This document shows, piece by piece, positions 39,175-48,745 of a stretch of 64,000 bases of DNA. Location: positions 23,603 through 87,602 of the forward strand of contig CALBRH010000054.1 in assembly GCA_937899865.1 (NCBI GenBank), given 5' to 3'. Both the position numbers and the translations under genes were made by a program. How positions within the stretch are numbered: position 1 is the first letter of the stretch; each line of letters opens with the position of its first letter. The stretch comes from an uncultured euryarchaeote. Lineage in GTDB: Archaea > Thermoplasmatota > Poseidoniia > Poseidoniales > Poseidoniaceae. The notes beneath the pieces are model-generated. The model ran no database searches and was not told where the DNA came from. It saw only the letters and a list, made by a program, of their open reading frames with translations.

Positions 39175-39750
39175 TTCTAATTCTGCATCAATTGATTCAA
39201 CATCCATTTCATTGCGACGCTTTTGGAGACCAAATAGCAGAATTGCAGCACCTATTGGATAAATTATGAAATCAAGCATCAAGGTTCTATTGATGTCAAC
39301 ATCTGCTTCAACAGAACCACTACTAATGGTAATTTCAACAGAGTACTTATCGTATTCTTTAGAAGTGAATGTCGGTGCTGAATAATCTTCACCAGAGGAT
39401 AATTGAAAATCTATTTGCTCAATTTCAACTGAGTCTTGAAAAATTACAATCTTACCTTCAGAATCTGTAATTGATTCAAGATCTATAGTTAATTTATCTC
39501 CGTTCAACAAATGTGCTGTTTTTAGATAGGTTTGATTTTCTTCATCATCTAATTCAATATTTCCAACCCATCCATGAATTATAAATCCAGCACACAAGAT
39601 ACCTATGCCTACAAGTATCAATACGTCACTGAACTTCATAGCATCAGCGGAACCGCCAGCCCCCATGTGTTGGACTCGCAGACTCCTGCAAATGAATCCT
39701 TCCTTAATCAAGATTTGAAAGTCTCTCTCTAACCAACCTAATTTTACCAC
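39163..39750 (-). CDS. Hypothetical protein with two TM helices flanking a beta-rich domain
   Basis: Hydrophobic N- and C-terminal segments; true start probably downstream of 39750. Confidence 0.65.
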   Translation of the reverse strand: MVKLGWLERDFQILIKEGFICRSLRVQHMGAGGSADAMKFSDVLILVGIGILCAGFIIHGWVGNIELDDEENQTYLKTAHLLNGDKLTIDLESITDSEGKIVIFQDSVEIEQIDFQLSSGEDYSAPTFTSKEYDKYSVEITISSGSVEADVDINRTLMLDFIIYPIGAAILLFGLQKRRNEMDVESIDAELESKE

Positions 39751-40039
39751 TAGTCGTTAAGCTTGAAAGCCCATTTTTCTCGAGTGAATCATCTGCTTCT
39801 AAAAGCTCTCTAATTACAAATGAATCTGCTAATTTAACCTGTAAAATCCCTGTTCCGCATCCATCTGTAAATTGATTTACAGAAAAATCCATGAGTTTTG
39901 GACTGCTGCTAAGTTCTAACTTTTGCGATAATTTTTCAATGCTTGAAATCATTTGACTTTTTGATTTGATTTCTGGCGAAACTAAAACACCAAGCCAACG
40001 CCTTTTTCCGCGTAATGCCTTGCTTAGACGTTTGGCCAT
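39704..40039 (-). CDS. rnp2: RNase P protein Pop5/Rpp14 family
   Basis: LRGKRRW at the N-terminus and TTSGKIRLVRERL at the C-terminus. Confidence 0.75.
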   Translation of the reverse strand: MAKRLSKALRGKRRWLGVLVSPEIKSKSQMISSIEKLSQKLELSSSPKLMDFSVNQFTDGCGTGILQVKLADSFVIRELLEADDSLEKNGLSSLTTSGKIRLVRERLSNLD

Positions 40040-40119
40040 GACACGTGTTAATGATAATTTAACTTAATTTCTTTGGATAATATCAAAACATTTTCCTTTC
40101 TCGGTCTAATTGTTGCAGT

Positions 40120-41493
40120 ATGGAAAGTGATTCTAAAACGATTTCTAATTCCAGTGAAGATATTTTGTCACAGTTTGAAGAACAAAATATTTCTATGGTA
40201 AGTTTAGTCAAAACACTTCTTTCCACTTCCACAATGCCACACATTATCTTAATCACTTTATTATCAACAATATTGTACATAGTTGCAAAAGTGGATTCTC
40301 TTACGATTTTCTCTTCAATGGTATTTGCCAGTTTGTCAGTTTCTTATTGTGTAACTGCCTTACTTTCAAAAAATCCAAAAATCAGTAGTTGGATTACTTT
40401 GCCAGATGACGAACAGAAAATTGACTCATCTAAAATGTGGAATACTCTTAGTAAATTTAGAATTTGTTTATTTCCATTGAGTGTTGCCGGACTGATATTT
40501 TTGATAATTTCATTTACCACTGGAGAAAATGGCGTAATTAGTGATGCCAATAAATCAATTCCATTGATACTCGGAATGCTATTTGTTATTTGGTCAATTG
40601 TCCAAGGCACTTCATTCTCAATGTGGGCTTCATCGACGAGTGCTAAACCATCAAGTAAATCTACAAAATCAAGTAGTATTCGATTCTCTTTGATCGTAAT
40701 ATTATCTACTATCGGTTTGGTAAGCATAATATTAGCCGCTGTATTCTATCAATTAGAAAATTTAGAAAATAAACTGGGTGATTCAATTGTTTTAGCCATT
40801 CCATTTTGTCTGCTTGCTATCGGTTTAACAATAGGAAGCATTAGTTATTCATGGAAATTCAAGAAACTAGCTTCGATGAAACCAAATTTGCAAAAATTTA
40901 GTTCTAGGTGGACCATTATTTGCCATTTATTCATCACATGGCATCTACTTACTATTTGGCGACAGAATTTCTTGACCCCTTCCAATTTACAAGTATTCTT
41001 TGAAGAAATTACATTGATGATCTTCACTGTATTCGTAGCTATTTGGTCGATGACTTCAAAGGGATATAGAAGTAAATTGAAACTAATTACTGAAGAAAAT
41101 GCCTTGACCTGGGGATTAGGTTTTGGATATGCATATGCGGGAAGTGTAGCAATGCTTACTACATTTTTCGATGATATAGTCACTGTAATGTCAATTGGAC
41201 ATGGAGTAGTTATAGTTACTGTAATTTTCATTCATCGATTAATATTAAGCAAAATTATTGGTAATGATGATTCTTCGGTGGAAGTAAAAAGAATAATGGA
41301 TAATTCCAAAAAATCTAATCATGAAGAAGAATCCAATGTAGAGGACATCTCAAATGAAATACCTAATAACAAACAAAATGATGATGTAAATGACGAGGTG
41401 TGGCAAGAGGATACTGATGTTGATTGGGATGCTGAACAAGAACAACCTCAAATTGACAATATTGAATGGGATGAAACTATTGATATAGATTAA
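40120..41493 (+). CDS. Hypothetical polytopic membrane protein with acidic tail
   Basis: About ten hydrophobic segments; acidic Trp-containing C-terminus. Confidence 0.75.
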   Translation: MESDSKTISNSSEDILSQFEEQNISMVSLVKTLLSTSTMPHIILITLLSTILYIVAKVDSLTIFSSMVFASLSVSYCVTALLSKNPKISSWITLPDDEQKIDSSKMWNTLSKFRICLFPLSVAGLIFLIISFTTGENGVISDANKSIPLILGMLFVIWSIVQGTSFSMWASSTSAKPSSKSTKSSSIRFSLIVILSTIGLVSIILAAVFYQLENLENKLGDSIVLAIPFCLLAIGLTIGSISYSWKFKKLASMKPNLQKFSSRWTIICHLFITWHLLTIWRQNFLTPSNLQVFFEEITLMIFTVFVAIWSMTSKGYRSKLKLITEENALTWGLGFGYAYAGSVAMLTTFFDDIVTVMSIGHGVVIVTVIFIHRLILSKIIGNDDSSVEVKRIMDNSKKSNHEEESNVEDISNEIPNNKQNDDVNDEVWQEDTDVDWDAEQEQPQIDNIEWDETIDID

Positions 41494-42404
41494 TCATCAG
41501 TTATTCCAGACAATAGTGTAACTACTCGCATGCTATTATGTAAGTCTTCACTTACTCTTGCTCCTAGAATGACTTGAGCATTTGAATCAAGGGCTTCTGT
41601 AAACAGTCTAGCAACCGAATCAACTTGACTCAAGGTCATACCTAAACCTCCTTCAATTTGAATCAAACATCCAGTTGCACCGCCGACATCCAATGCTGCT
41701 AATGGAGCCATCATAGCAGAGTGAAGTATTTTCTCTGGTTCATCTGGGTCACCTAAGCCTACCAATAAAGTTGACTTGCCATCCTGTTCAACAATAGCCC
41801 TCAAATCCATTAGATCAAGATTAATTAATCCCATCCTAAGCAAAGTACGTACTAAACCATCCACCAAATCCTCTACCCACTCAGCACCCATTTGCCAACT
41901 CCTACCCTTTTCTCTTGCTTGTCTAGCCAGCCTTTCAAGTGATAGATGGACTGTTACATGAGCGAATTTGTCAAGCCTTTCGAAGCCTTCTTCAGCGATT
42001 TTGAGTCTGGTAGATTGAATTTCAAAAGGCATTGCTGCGACTGCAATTACTACTGCGCCTGACAGACGAGCTTGTCTGGCAAATTCATGCGCCGCACCAG
42101 TCCCTGTACCGCCACCAAGTCCGGTTAACAAAATTACCAATTCAACCGGTTCCATCAATTTTCGAACCATCGCAGATACACTTCGCATTCTTTGTTCAGC
42201 CAAAGGCGGTAATGCTGCGCATCCCAATTTATCTACAACTGTACCCAAGCGAAGAATATGACCTCGATCTACGGATGTAAAACTTTCATCATCGGCATCA
42301 ATTAGCAAGACATCTGCTTCTGAGTCACATTTAGACCAAGCGCCTTTAGCCCACGAACAACCTAGGCCGCCAACCCCTGCGATCAGAATCTGTGATGATT
42401 CCAT
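41490..42404 (-). CDS. Divergent FtsZ/tubulin-family GTPase
   Basis: GVGGLG, GLGGGTGTGAA signature, INLDLMDL T7-like loop, VILGA. Confidence 0.85.
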   Translation of the reverse strand: MESSQILIAGVGGLGCSWAKGAWSKCDSEADVLLIDADDESFTSVDRGHILRLGTVVDKLGCAALPPLAEQRMRSVSAMVRKLMEPVELVILLTGLGGGTGTGAAHEFARQARLSGAVVIAVAAMPFEIQSTRLKIAEEGFERLDKFAHVTVHLSLERLARQAREKGRSWQMGAEWVEDLVDGLVRTLLRMGLINLDLMDLRAIVEQDGKSTLLVGLGDPDEPEKILHSAMMAPLAALDVGGATGCLIQIEGGLGMTLSQVDSVARLFTEALDSNAQVILGARVSEDLHNSMRVVTLLSGITDD

Positions 42405-42444
42405 TGTTTGCTGGTGTTATTGATGCTCAATGAACTTTCTCTAA

Positions 42445-42759
42445 TCATTCAATGTACCTTAGATACCTTCTCCTAGAATCTCTTGCCCATGCATTATCCG
42501 GTTCAATTTCCAAAACTCGATTATAATATTCAATCGCAGTTTCAAACTCTGACAAGTACCGCCCATATAGGTGGCCAAGGTTAGACAAAACAGGGATGCA
42601 GTCTTCATCATCTTCTAGCATTTTGAGTAACAATTTTTCTGCATTACCAAGGTCATTTTTCAACATCATTTCCTCGGCTTTTTCTAAATCAACAAGTTGT
42701 GATTCCGACAAATCATAAGTGTTGTCAAAAGGTGTTGGCATTGCTCTCAAATCATGCAA
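42445..42759 (-). CDS. Tetratricopeptide repeat protein
   Basis: LSNLG.LY...E.AIEYY.RVLEIEPDN..A. Confidence 0.85.
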   Translation of the reverse strand: MHDLRAMPTPFDNTYDLSESQLVDLEKAEEMMLKNDLGNAEKLLLKMLEDDEDCIPVLSNLGHLYGRYLSEFETAIEYYNRVLEIEPDNAWARDSRRRYLRYIE

Positions 42760-42914
42760 AAACTCCCCGTTATTGAACTATCCCTATAATCATGGATTTT
42801 AAGGCATATTTAGAAGTTTTTACATTCGGCCAAAAACGAGGTACTGCGAATAAATTTGACCATAGATTTTGGTAATGTTTAAAGGGTTCATGCCGGTGGG
42901 AGAAAATACTGGGT

Positions 42915-43739
42915 GTGTCAATGTTGCGCAAGCCGAACACAAAACGCCTTGCGCTAGGCACAATGTTGTTGGTTTTGTTGACACTTCCCGGTATTGCATC
43001 ATCTTATCATGGCGGCATCGGTGGAGAACAATCCAACGCTGGAGAAACCATTGATGATGTAGCTAAAGAAGGATGCCTATGCCATAATGCTGTAGCAGAT
43101 AACACAGTACAAATCATTCTAGATGATGTACCCTATGCTTGGGAATCCGGTCAAACTTACGAAATGAAGCTGCAAATTATTGGCGGCCCAGATGCTGCCA
43201 GCCCATGGACTGCAGGATTCTCAATGAGAGTTTCTGATGGCGTATTGTCTGGAGATAATTTACAAAATTGGGAAGATGACCCTACAACTCTCACTCAAAC
43301 AGAAGCTGCCGCTGGCCAAGATGATAGAATGTGGATTTTATCATGGACTGCCCCGGCTGCTGAAACTGGTGTTGTTGATTTTTGGATCACTGGCAATTCA
43401 GTTAATGGCGACCAAGGACCAGGCCCAGAAGATAAATGGAACCAACTAATCTTCGCTCTTCAAGAGGGTGATGAAAAAACTACTGCTATGGGTTCACGAA
43501 CACTTTTTGCTGGAGATGGTAATGTCAGCCCACCGGAGCCAAAAGAAACCGGTGTTGATCTAAAACACATGGGTGCTGAATTTAGAGCACACGTACTTGG
43601 TTTGTTAGGATTTGGAGCAGTTTTAGCCGTAGTCCTATTCGCTGGCTTAATGCTCAGATACAGTTTTTCATCATCATACAAAGGTAGAAGTAATCAACTG
43701 AGATTGCGTTACAAAATTAGACGAAGAGGTGACCAATAA
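42915..43739 (+). CDS. Membrane-anchored Reeler-like (choice-of-anchor V type) protein with a CxCH motif
   Basis: Signal peptide, GCLCH, P.AWESGQTY, WTAP....G.VDFWI.GN.VNGD, C-terminal TM helix. Confidence 0.7.
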   Translation: MSMLRKPNTKRLALGTMLLVLLTLPGIASSYHGGIGGEQSNAGETIDDVAKEGCLCHNAVADNTVQIILDDVPYAWESGQTYEMKLQIIGGPDAASPWTAGFSMRVSDGVLSGDNLQNWEDDPTTLTQTEAAAGQDDRMWILSWTAPAAETGVVDFWITGNSVNGDQGPGPEDKWNQLIFALQEGDEKTTAMGSRTLFAGDGNVSPPEPKETGVDLKHMGAEFRAHVLGLLGFGAVLAVVLFAGLMLRYSFSSSYKGRSNQLRLRYKIRRRGDQ

Positions 43740-44182
43740 TGGATGACACAATTACCAAACTGTTGCGTGGAGTAGCAAAAGGAGACATTAGTGTCGAAGA
43801 TGCTAGAAAGTCTCTCGAAGATGCATCACTGACTGAAGAACAGATGGACATGGCCATAGACAAAGGGGTGTTCAATAAAGCTGAATTAGGTTCAATTGTT
43901 AGTGCAAAATTAGCACCTTCTGGAGCATCTTATCTAACAATGTTCTTCTTTGTCTGGGGAATATTTTGGTCGTGTTATTGGGTTTTCTCTTTGATTTATG
44001 GCCTAGCCAATGGCTGGGACCAGAGACAACTTGCATTCCATTTGGCAATAGCAACTACGACATTGATTCTTATGGGACTTGTGTATCTTAAATTCATCCT
44101 ACCTGATACAATCATAGTTAAGCATGCAATGAACAAATATATTCCAGAACATCAAAAAGACTGGAAAGAATACAAGGTGTGA
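43739..44182 (+). CDS. Hypothetical two-TM membrane protein
   Basis: Two hydrophobic helices; start overlaps the previous stop and stop overlaps the Rieske start. Confidence 0.75.
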   Translation: MDDTITKLLRGVAKGDISVEDARKSLEDASLTEEQMDMAIDKGVFNKAELGSIVSAKLAPSGASYLTMFFFVWGIFWSCYWVFSLIYGLANGWDQRQLAFHLAIATTTLILMGLVYLKFILPDTIIVKHAMNKYIPEHQKDWKEYKV

Positions 44183-45039
44183 TTTATTTGGCTAGAGAAT
44201 ATGATTTGAAACCTGCACCTTCGCTCAATGATGCTGATTCAGCATTTGGCACTAACAAAATTATCAATCGTCGACAGTTCCTAAAGTACGGATTCAACAC
44301 TGCAACCGGTGTACTTGCCGCATCCTTAGGAGTTCTAGGATTCTCTGCAATCTTGCTGCCACCAGGTGCTGATTCAGGTGGCAGTAACAATGGAGTTATT
44401 TACTGGGCTAAAGGAAGAGAAGATGAAGCATGGTACGGTGCCAAGCATGAATTGCCAATGACTAGACAAGACTTTGTTGATGAAGCTGCAAAATCATCTA
44501 CTGGAACTGCAGGTGCTGCTGGAATTTGGAATGGTGTCCCTGTAATCGTTGTTTATGTTGACCACGAGAAAAACAAAGATACTCCTGTGACAAATGGTAA
44601 AGCAAGATTCCAAATGATGGAAGGATATGATGAAACAGGGAAACGTATTGGGCACTTTGAGGATATGTCTGACTTAGACCCTAGAATATTCCCCTCTGAC
44701 AATCTAGTAATTATCTATGGACGTTGTACCCATCTTTGCTGTATCCCGGGTTGGCAACTGGTTTCGAATTCCTTTACTGATGACTCTTGGACTCCTAACG
44801 GTACTGATGATGGAGGAACCAAATTGTTCTGTATCTGTCACTCTTCAAGATTTGATCCAACCGCTTTGGAAATGAATACAAACAGAAACCGTTCTAACGG
44901 TGCTACATTCAATTATGCTGGAATAAAGGTTGCAGGTGGCCCTGCTCCAGTAGGTTTGCCAATTATTCCAGTACAAATGAATGGCGACAACATAGAGGGA
45001 ATCACAGATTACCTCGACTGGTACACATATTGTGATTGA
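44179..45039 (+). CDS. Rieske iron-sulfur protein
   Basis: Twin-arginine NRRQFLK plus TM helix; box I CTHLCC; box II CICHSSRF. Confidence 0.93.
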   Translation: MIYLAREYDLKPAPSLNDADSAFGTNKIINRRQFLKYGFNTATGVLAASLGVLGFSAILLPPGADSGGSNNGVIYWAKGREDEAWYGAKHELPMTRQDFVDEAAKSSTGTAGAAGIWNGVPVIVVYVDHEKNKDTPVTNGKARFQMMEGYDETGKRIGHFEDMSDLDPRIFPSDNLVIIYGRCTHLCCIPGWQLVSNSFTDDSWTPNGTDDGGTKLFCICHSSRFDPTALEMNTNRNRSNGATFNYAGIKVAGGPAPVGLPIIPVQMNGDNIEGITDYLDWYTYCD

Positions 45040-45048
45040 GGTGAAAAA

Positions 45049-45915
45049 ATGACTACAATGTTCTGGATTCTTTGGTTCTTTATCGCTTTCATCATAGTCT
45101 TAGTTGCCTTTACATTGCGTAAGGAAAATGAAGAGATGCCACGTAGAGAGATTTTGCGTGCTGTTGAATCAACTGGCAAAATGGGCTTTGCAGAACGTTC
45201 ATTTTTGTGGGTGTTTTCTTGGTTGGATACTAGATTTAGAATCCAGGATTACTGGAACATGTCAAAAGGTGCATACTACAATATGCACAGGCAAATGCCA
45301 CTTACTCACGCTGAAAAATATAAACTAAGAATAATTTGGTATTGGTATCCTCTTTACTGCCTTGGTGGTATATCATTCCTATCATTCATCATCTTGGTTA
45401 TTACTGGAACCGTACTAGGAATCTATTATGTCCCAGGAGGAGAAGGTATTCCTTCGCCAGCATATTTGAGTATGCAATATATCATGACAGAATTGCCATT
45501 TGGATATATCATTAGAGCTGTTCACCATTGGGGAACTCACTTCATGGTAGCAAGTGTATTCTTACACATGTGTAGAGTTTACTTTACCGGTGCTTACAGA
45601 AACCCTAGAGAATTAAATTGGTTGATTGGAGTTGCGCTAATGGCACTTACAATTGTGTTTGGTTATTCTGGATATCTTCTACCATGGGATTCTTTGGCAT
45701 ATGGTGCTGCTGTTATTGGAATCAACCTAGCAAACTCAAGTCCATTAGTAGGTAAGCAAATTGCTACACTATTGTTTGGTGGTTCTGCTCTTACTCCACG
45801 TACAGTAACGAGAATGTATTTCATTCATGTATTCATATTGCCTGTAATTGTGACTGGTTTGATTATTGTTCATTTGTTTATTGTTTGGGTACAGGGAATT
45901 GCGGAGCCGCATTGA
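45049..45915 (+). CDS. Cytochrome b6-like subunit (short cytochrome b)
   Basis: YCLGG; helix B His pair (IRAVH...FLH); YLLPWD; helix D His pair (FIH...IVH); ends WVQGIAEPH. Confidence 0.93.
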   Translation: MTTMFWILWFFIAFIIVLVAFTLRKENEEMPRREILRAVESTGKMGFAERSFLWVFSWLDTRFRIQDYWNMSKGAYYNMHRQMPLTHAEKYKLRIIWYWYPLYCLGGISFLSFIILVITGTVLGIYYVPGGEGIPSPAYLSMQYIMTELPFGYIIRAVHHWGTHFMVASVFLHMCRVYFTGAYRNPRELNWLIGVALMALTIVFGYSGYLLPWDSLAYGAAVIGINLANSSPLVGKQIATLLFGGSALTPRTVTRMYFIHVFILPVIVTGLIIVHLFIVWVQGIAEPH

Positions 45916-45931
45916 TATTTGGGTGAATTAA

Positions 45932-48745
45932 ATGGGACTAGTAGAAAATCTTGGTAGAGTTGCTTCATCCTACATGGATGAAAAAGAAAAACTCCAAACT
46001 ACTGCTGAAAAGCGAAAGCGAACTAGAATGGGTCATGGTTTTTGGCCGCATGAGGTTCTTAGAGATGTTTTGATTTTCGCATTTATGGGTGCTGTACTGT
46101 TGTATTACGCATGGATTATTCCACCACCACTTCATGGTGCTGCTGACCCATATGCACAAGCTGGTTTCGTTTTCCCTGATTGGTATGTGTTGTTCTCATA
46201 CGGTTATCTAAGATGGGGTGAATATCTACCTCAATTTACCGTACCTACCGGATTTATTGGAGAGATTTTCGGCCAACCAGTATTCCCATGGAATGCTGCA
46301 TGGTGGGGTGCTGCTCTAACTGGAATCCCAGTAGGAATTTTGGTACTTCCTCCTTTCTTAGGCGGAAGAGAAAAGCGACCTGTTGAAGACCCATGGTTTG
46401 CCGCTGCTGGTGCAGTTTATTTGGCTCACATTTGGTTTATCTCTGTATTTTCAATCAACATTTTCTTGGAATTATATCATAAGAATAGATCCGACTATTG
46501 TAAACTAGATAGTCATGGAGACTTACTTTGTGGTGTAAGAGAACCCTGGTTAGCGGAAGCTTTCAATGCCTTACCCTGGCTAATGACGGGAGTTCTTCTA
46601 TGGATTTGTATTTACTTTGGCGCCCGGATGATTTTTACTAAAGCATGGGGTTCTGCATTCACTCCGGGTCATGCAAAGCAAATTTTAGTAGGTGCACTAA
46701 TTCTTTCCGCTGCTGCTACTGTAGCAACATGGGATGTTTATGACAAAGGATTTTGGGGGGCAAAAGGTCTTGGAACTATTTCGGATTATGGTGAGTTAGA
46801 AGAAATGAGGACTCAGCCAGTTGATGTTCATGTACATGAAACAAATGAATTCACTGACCAATTTGGTTGGTCTGATGATGGCATTGTTCCAACTTCTGCC
46901 TGGATTGATTGGGTAATTTATCAGCCAGGACATCAAGTGATTATTGATTTCGCTGATGCTAATGGCCATCAAGATCCGGCCAATGGAATTAATGCTGTTC
47001 AAGACTCTACTGTTCTAACAGATGCTGATTCTTGGTCTTCCATGGGCACTTTTACAATTACTGAAGATCCTGTTTTATTCCCCGATGGACATCACGAATC
47101 TGTTGATAAAATTGTAACTGACATAGTTTGTGAGCATCGAGCTGAAGAAAGAAAAATCAACGATGTGAAGACTGAAACAATGATTAGTAGCACAATGGTT
47201 GTTTACGATTCGAATGATAAGATTGTATCCGAGTTTACTAACTGTGCAGGAGATTCATTAGAACTATCAGTAGGTACTTACACTTATCAAATGGATGTAG
47301 CAATAACTGGTCCATTAGCACTTAATGACACAATGATGAAAGAAATAAGTCTTGAGATTAATGCCTTCCAGCCACTACTATTGTGGTCAAGTTCCGCACC
47401 TGCATCACTTGAAGGAAAGTCCGTCAATCTAAGCAATAGTGCAGAAATGGCTCTTGGAGGAACAAGTTTTGGCCAACTTGACAATCCTAGTTACCATATG
47501 AATCCTAAGAGCTTAGATGCTAAATTGATTTATGCCATGTTTATTCCTTGTCTAACCTTTGGTGCAATGGTATTCATTCTCTTAAGGTCAATGGCAAGGG
47601 GCTATGAATTTGAAATGAACAAATGTTACGGTTGTGACCTTTGTGATGATGCTTGTCCTGTTCGTCTATTCAACGGTGGAGACAAATTGAATATTATTTA
47701 CAACTCATGGAATAATGAAGATGACGGTGTTCCTATGTATTCCTGTCTAACTTGTACTGCATGTACTAATGCATGTCCACAATTAGTTGATTATGACTCA
47801 TATGTTGACATTCGAAGAGGTTTGATAGTTGGAGGGCCTCAGGCTGAAATTCCTCACACTGTACTTCAAGCAGTCCTTGCTGCAGAAGCAGAAGAAGATG
47901 CTAACAGTGATTTCATTCCTGTCGAGGATTATCCAATCGAATCTAATGTAGGATACTACCCTGGATGTGTTGACTACTTAGACCAAGAAATGGTTTTCTC
48001 TCATGTTAATGAAGGCGAGATGAACCTAGGAGATGCAACAACTTCAGCATTCACTCTCTTCGAGGCGATAGACTTAGACGTTTCTTACTTGGGAAGAGAT
48101 TTCCTAAAGTGTTGTGGCCATGACCAAAAGTGGCAAGGACTCACTGAAGTATTTGAAAAGTTGAAAGCTTACAACCAAAAGAAAATTCAGCAATCTGGAA
48201 TTGATACCTTGGTATCCTCCTGTGCAGAGTGTTTCAGAACTTTTGCTAGAGATTATGAACTCGAAGATATCAAAGTCATGCATACTACTGAATTCTTGAT
48301 CGAACAAGGATTTGATATGAATCTAAAGGCAGAGGAAGAGACTACTGTAACTTACCATGACCCTTGTAGACTAGGTAGGCAGATGGGCGTTTACGAAGAA
48401 CCACGTGAACTGATAGAATCTGTTGAAGGTGTAAGTATTGTAGAGATGGAACACAGTGGCGAAGATGCAATGTGCTGTGGAGTATCAAGTATGATGTCAT
48501 GTAATGAGAATGCAAGAGCTCTACGTGTTGCAAGGATGGAAGAAATCAAATCAACTGGCGCAGATACAATGCTAACGGCTTGCCCTAAGTGTGTTACACA
48601 CTTTGAATGTTTGAAATTTGAAGGTGATGAAAGATATGCTGACATTAAGATTCTTGATGTAGTTTCTTTCCTTGCTCAACAAATTAACGAAAAGAAGGAA
48701 AATATTGGACAAACATCTGTTCCAGTAATAGAAACTGAAGCCTGA
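45932..48745 (+). CDS. Fusion: cytochrome b subunit IV (PetD/QcrC-like), extracellular domain, and HdrD/GlpC-like 2x[4Fe-4S]+2xCCG domain
   Basis: FWPHE, PDWY; CYGCDLCDDACP, CLTCTACTNACP; YYPGC, KCCG, SSCAEC; YHDPC, MCCG, TACPKC. Confidence 0.9.
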   Translation: MGLVENLGRVASSYMDEKEKLQTTAEKRKRTRMGHGFWPHEVLRDVLIFAFMGAVLLYYAWIIPPPLHGAADPYAQAGFVFPDWYVLFSYGYLRWGEYLPQFTVPTGFIGEIFGQPVFPWNAAWWGAALTGIPVGILVLPPFLGGREKRPVEDPWFAAAGAVYLAHIWFISVFSINIFLELYHKNRSDYCKLDSHGDLLCGVREPWLAEAFNALPWLMTGVLLWICIYFGARMIFTKAWGSAFTPGHAKQILVGALILSAAATVATWDVYDKGFWGAKGLGTISDYGELEEMRTQPVDVHVHETNEFTDQFGWSDDGIVPTSAWIDWVIYQPGHQVIIDFADANGHQDPANGINAVQDSTVLTDADSWSSMGTFTITEDPVLFPDGHHESVDKIVTDIVCEHRAEERKINDVKTETMISSTMVVYDSNDKIVSEFTNCAGDSLELSVGTYTYQMDVAITGPLALNDTMMKEISLEINAFQPLLLWSSSAPASLEGKSVNLSNSAEMALGGTSFGQLDNPSYHMNPKSLDAKLIYAMFIPCLTFGAMVFILLRSMARGYEFEMNKCYGCDLCDDACPVRLFNGGDKLNIIYNSWNNEDDGVPMYSCLTCTACTNACPQLVDYDSYVDIRRGLIVGGPQAEIPHTVLQAVLAAEAEEDANSDFIPVEDYPIESNVGYYPGCVDYLDQEMVFSHVNEGEMNLGDATTSAFTLFEAIDLDVSYLGRDFLKCCGHDQKWQGLTEVFEKLKAYNQKKIQQSGIDTLVSSCAECFRTFARDYELEDIKVMHTTEFLIEQGFDMNLKAEEETTVTYHDPCRLGRQMGVYEEPRELIESVEGVSIVEMEHSGEDAMCCGVSSMMSCNENARALRVARMEEIKSTGADTMLTACPKCVTHFECLKFEGDERYADIKILDVVSFLAQQINEKKENIGQTSVPVIETEA

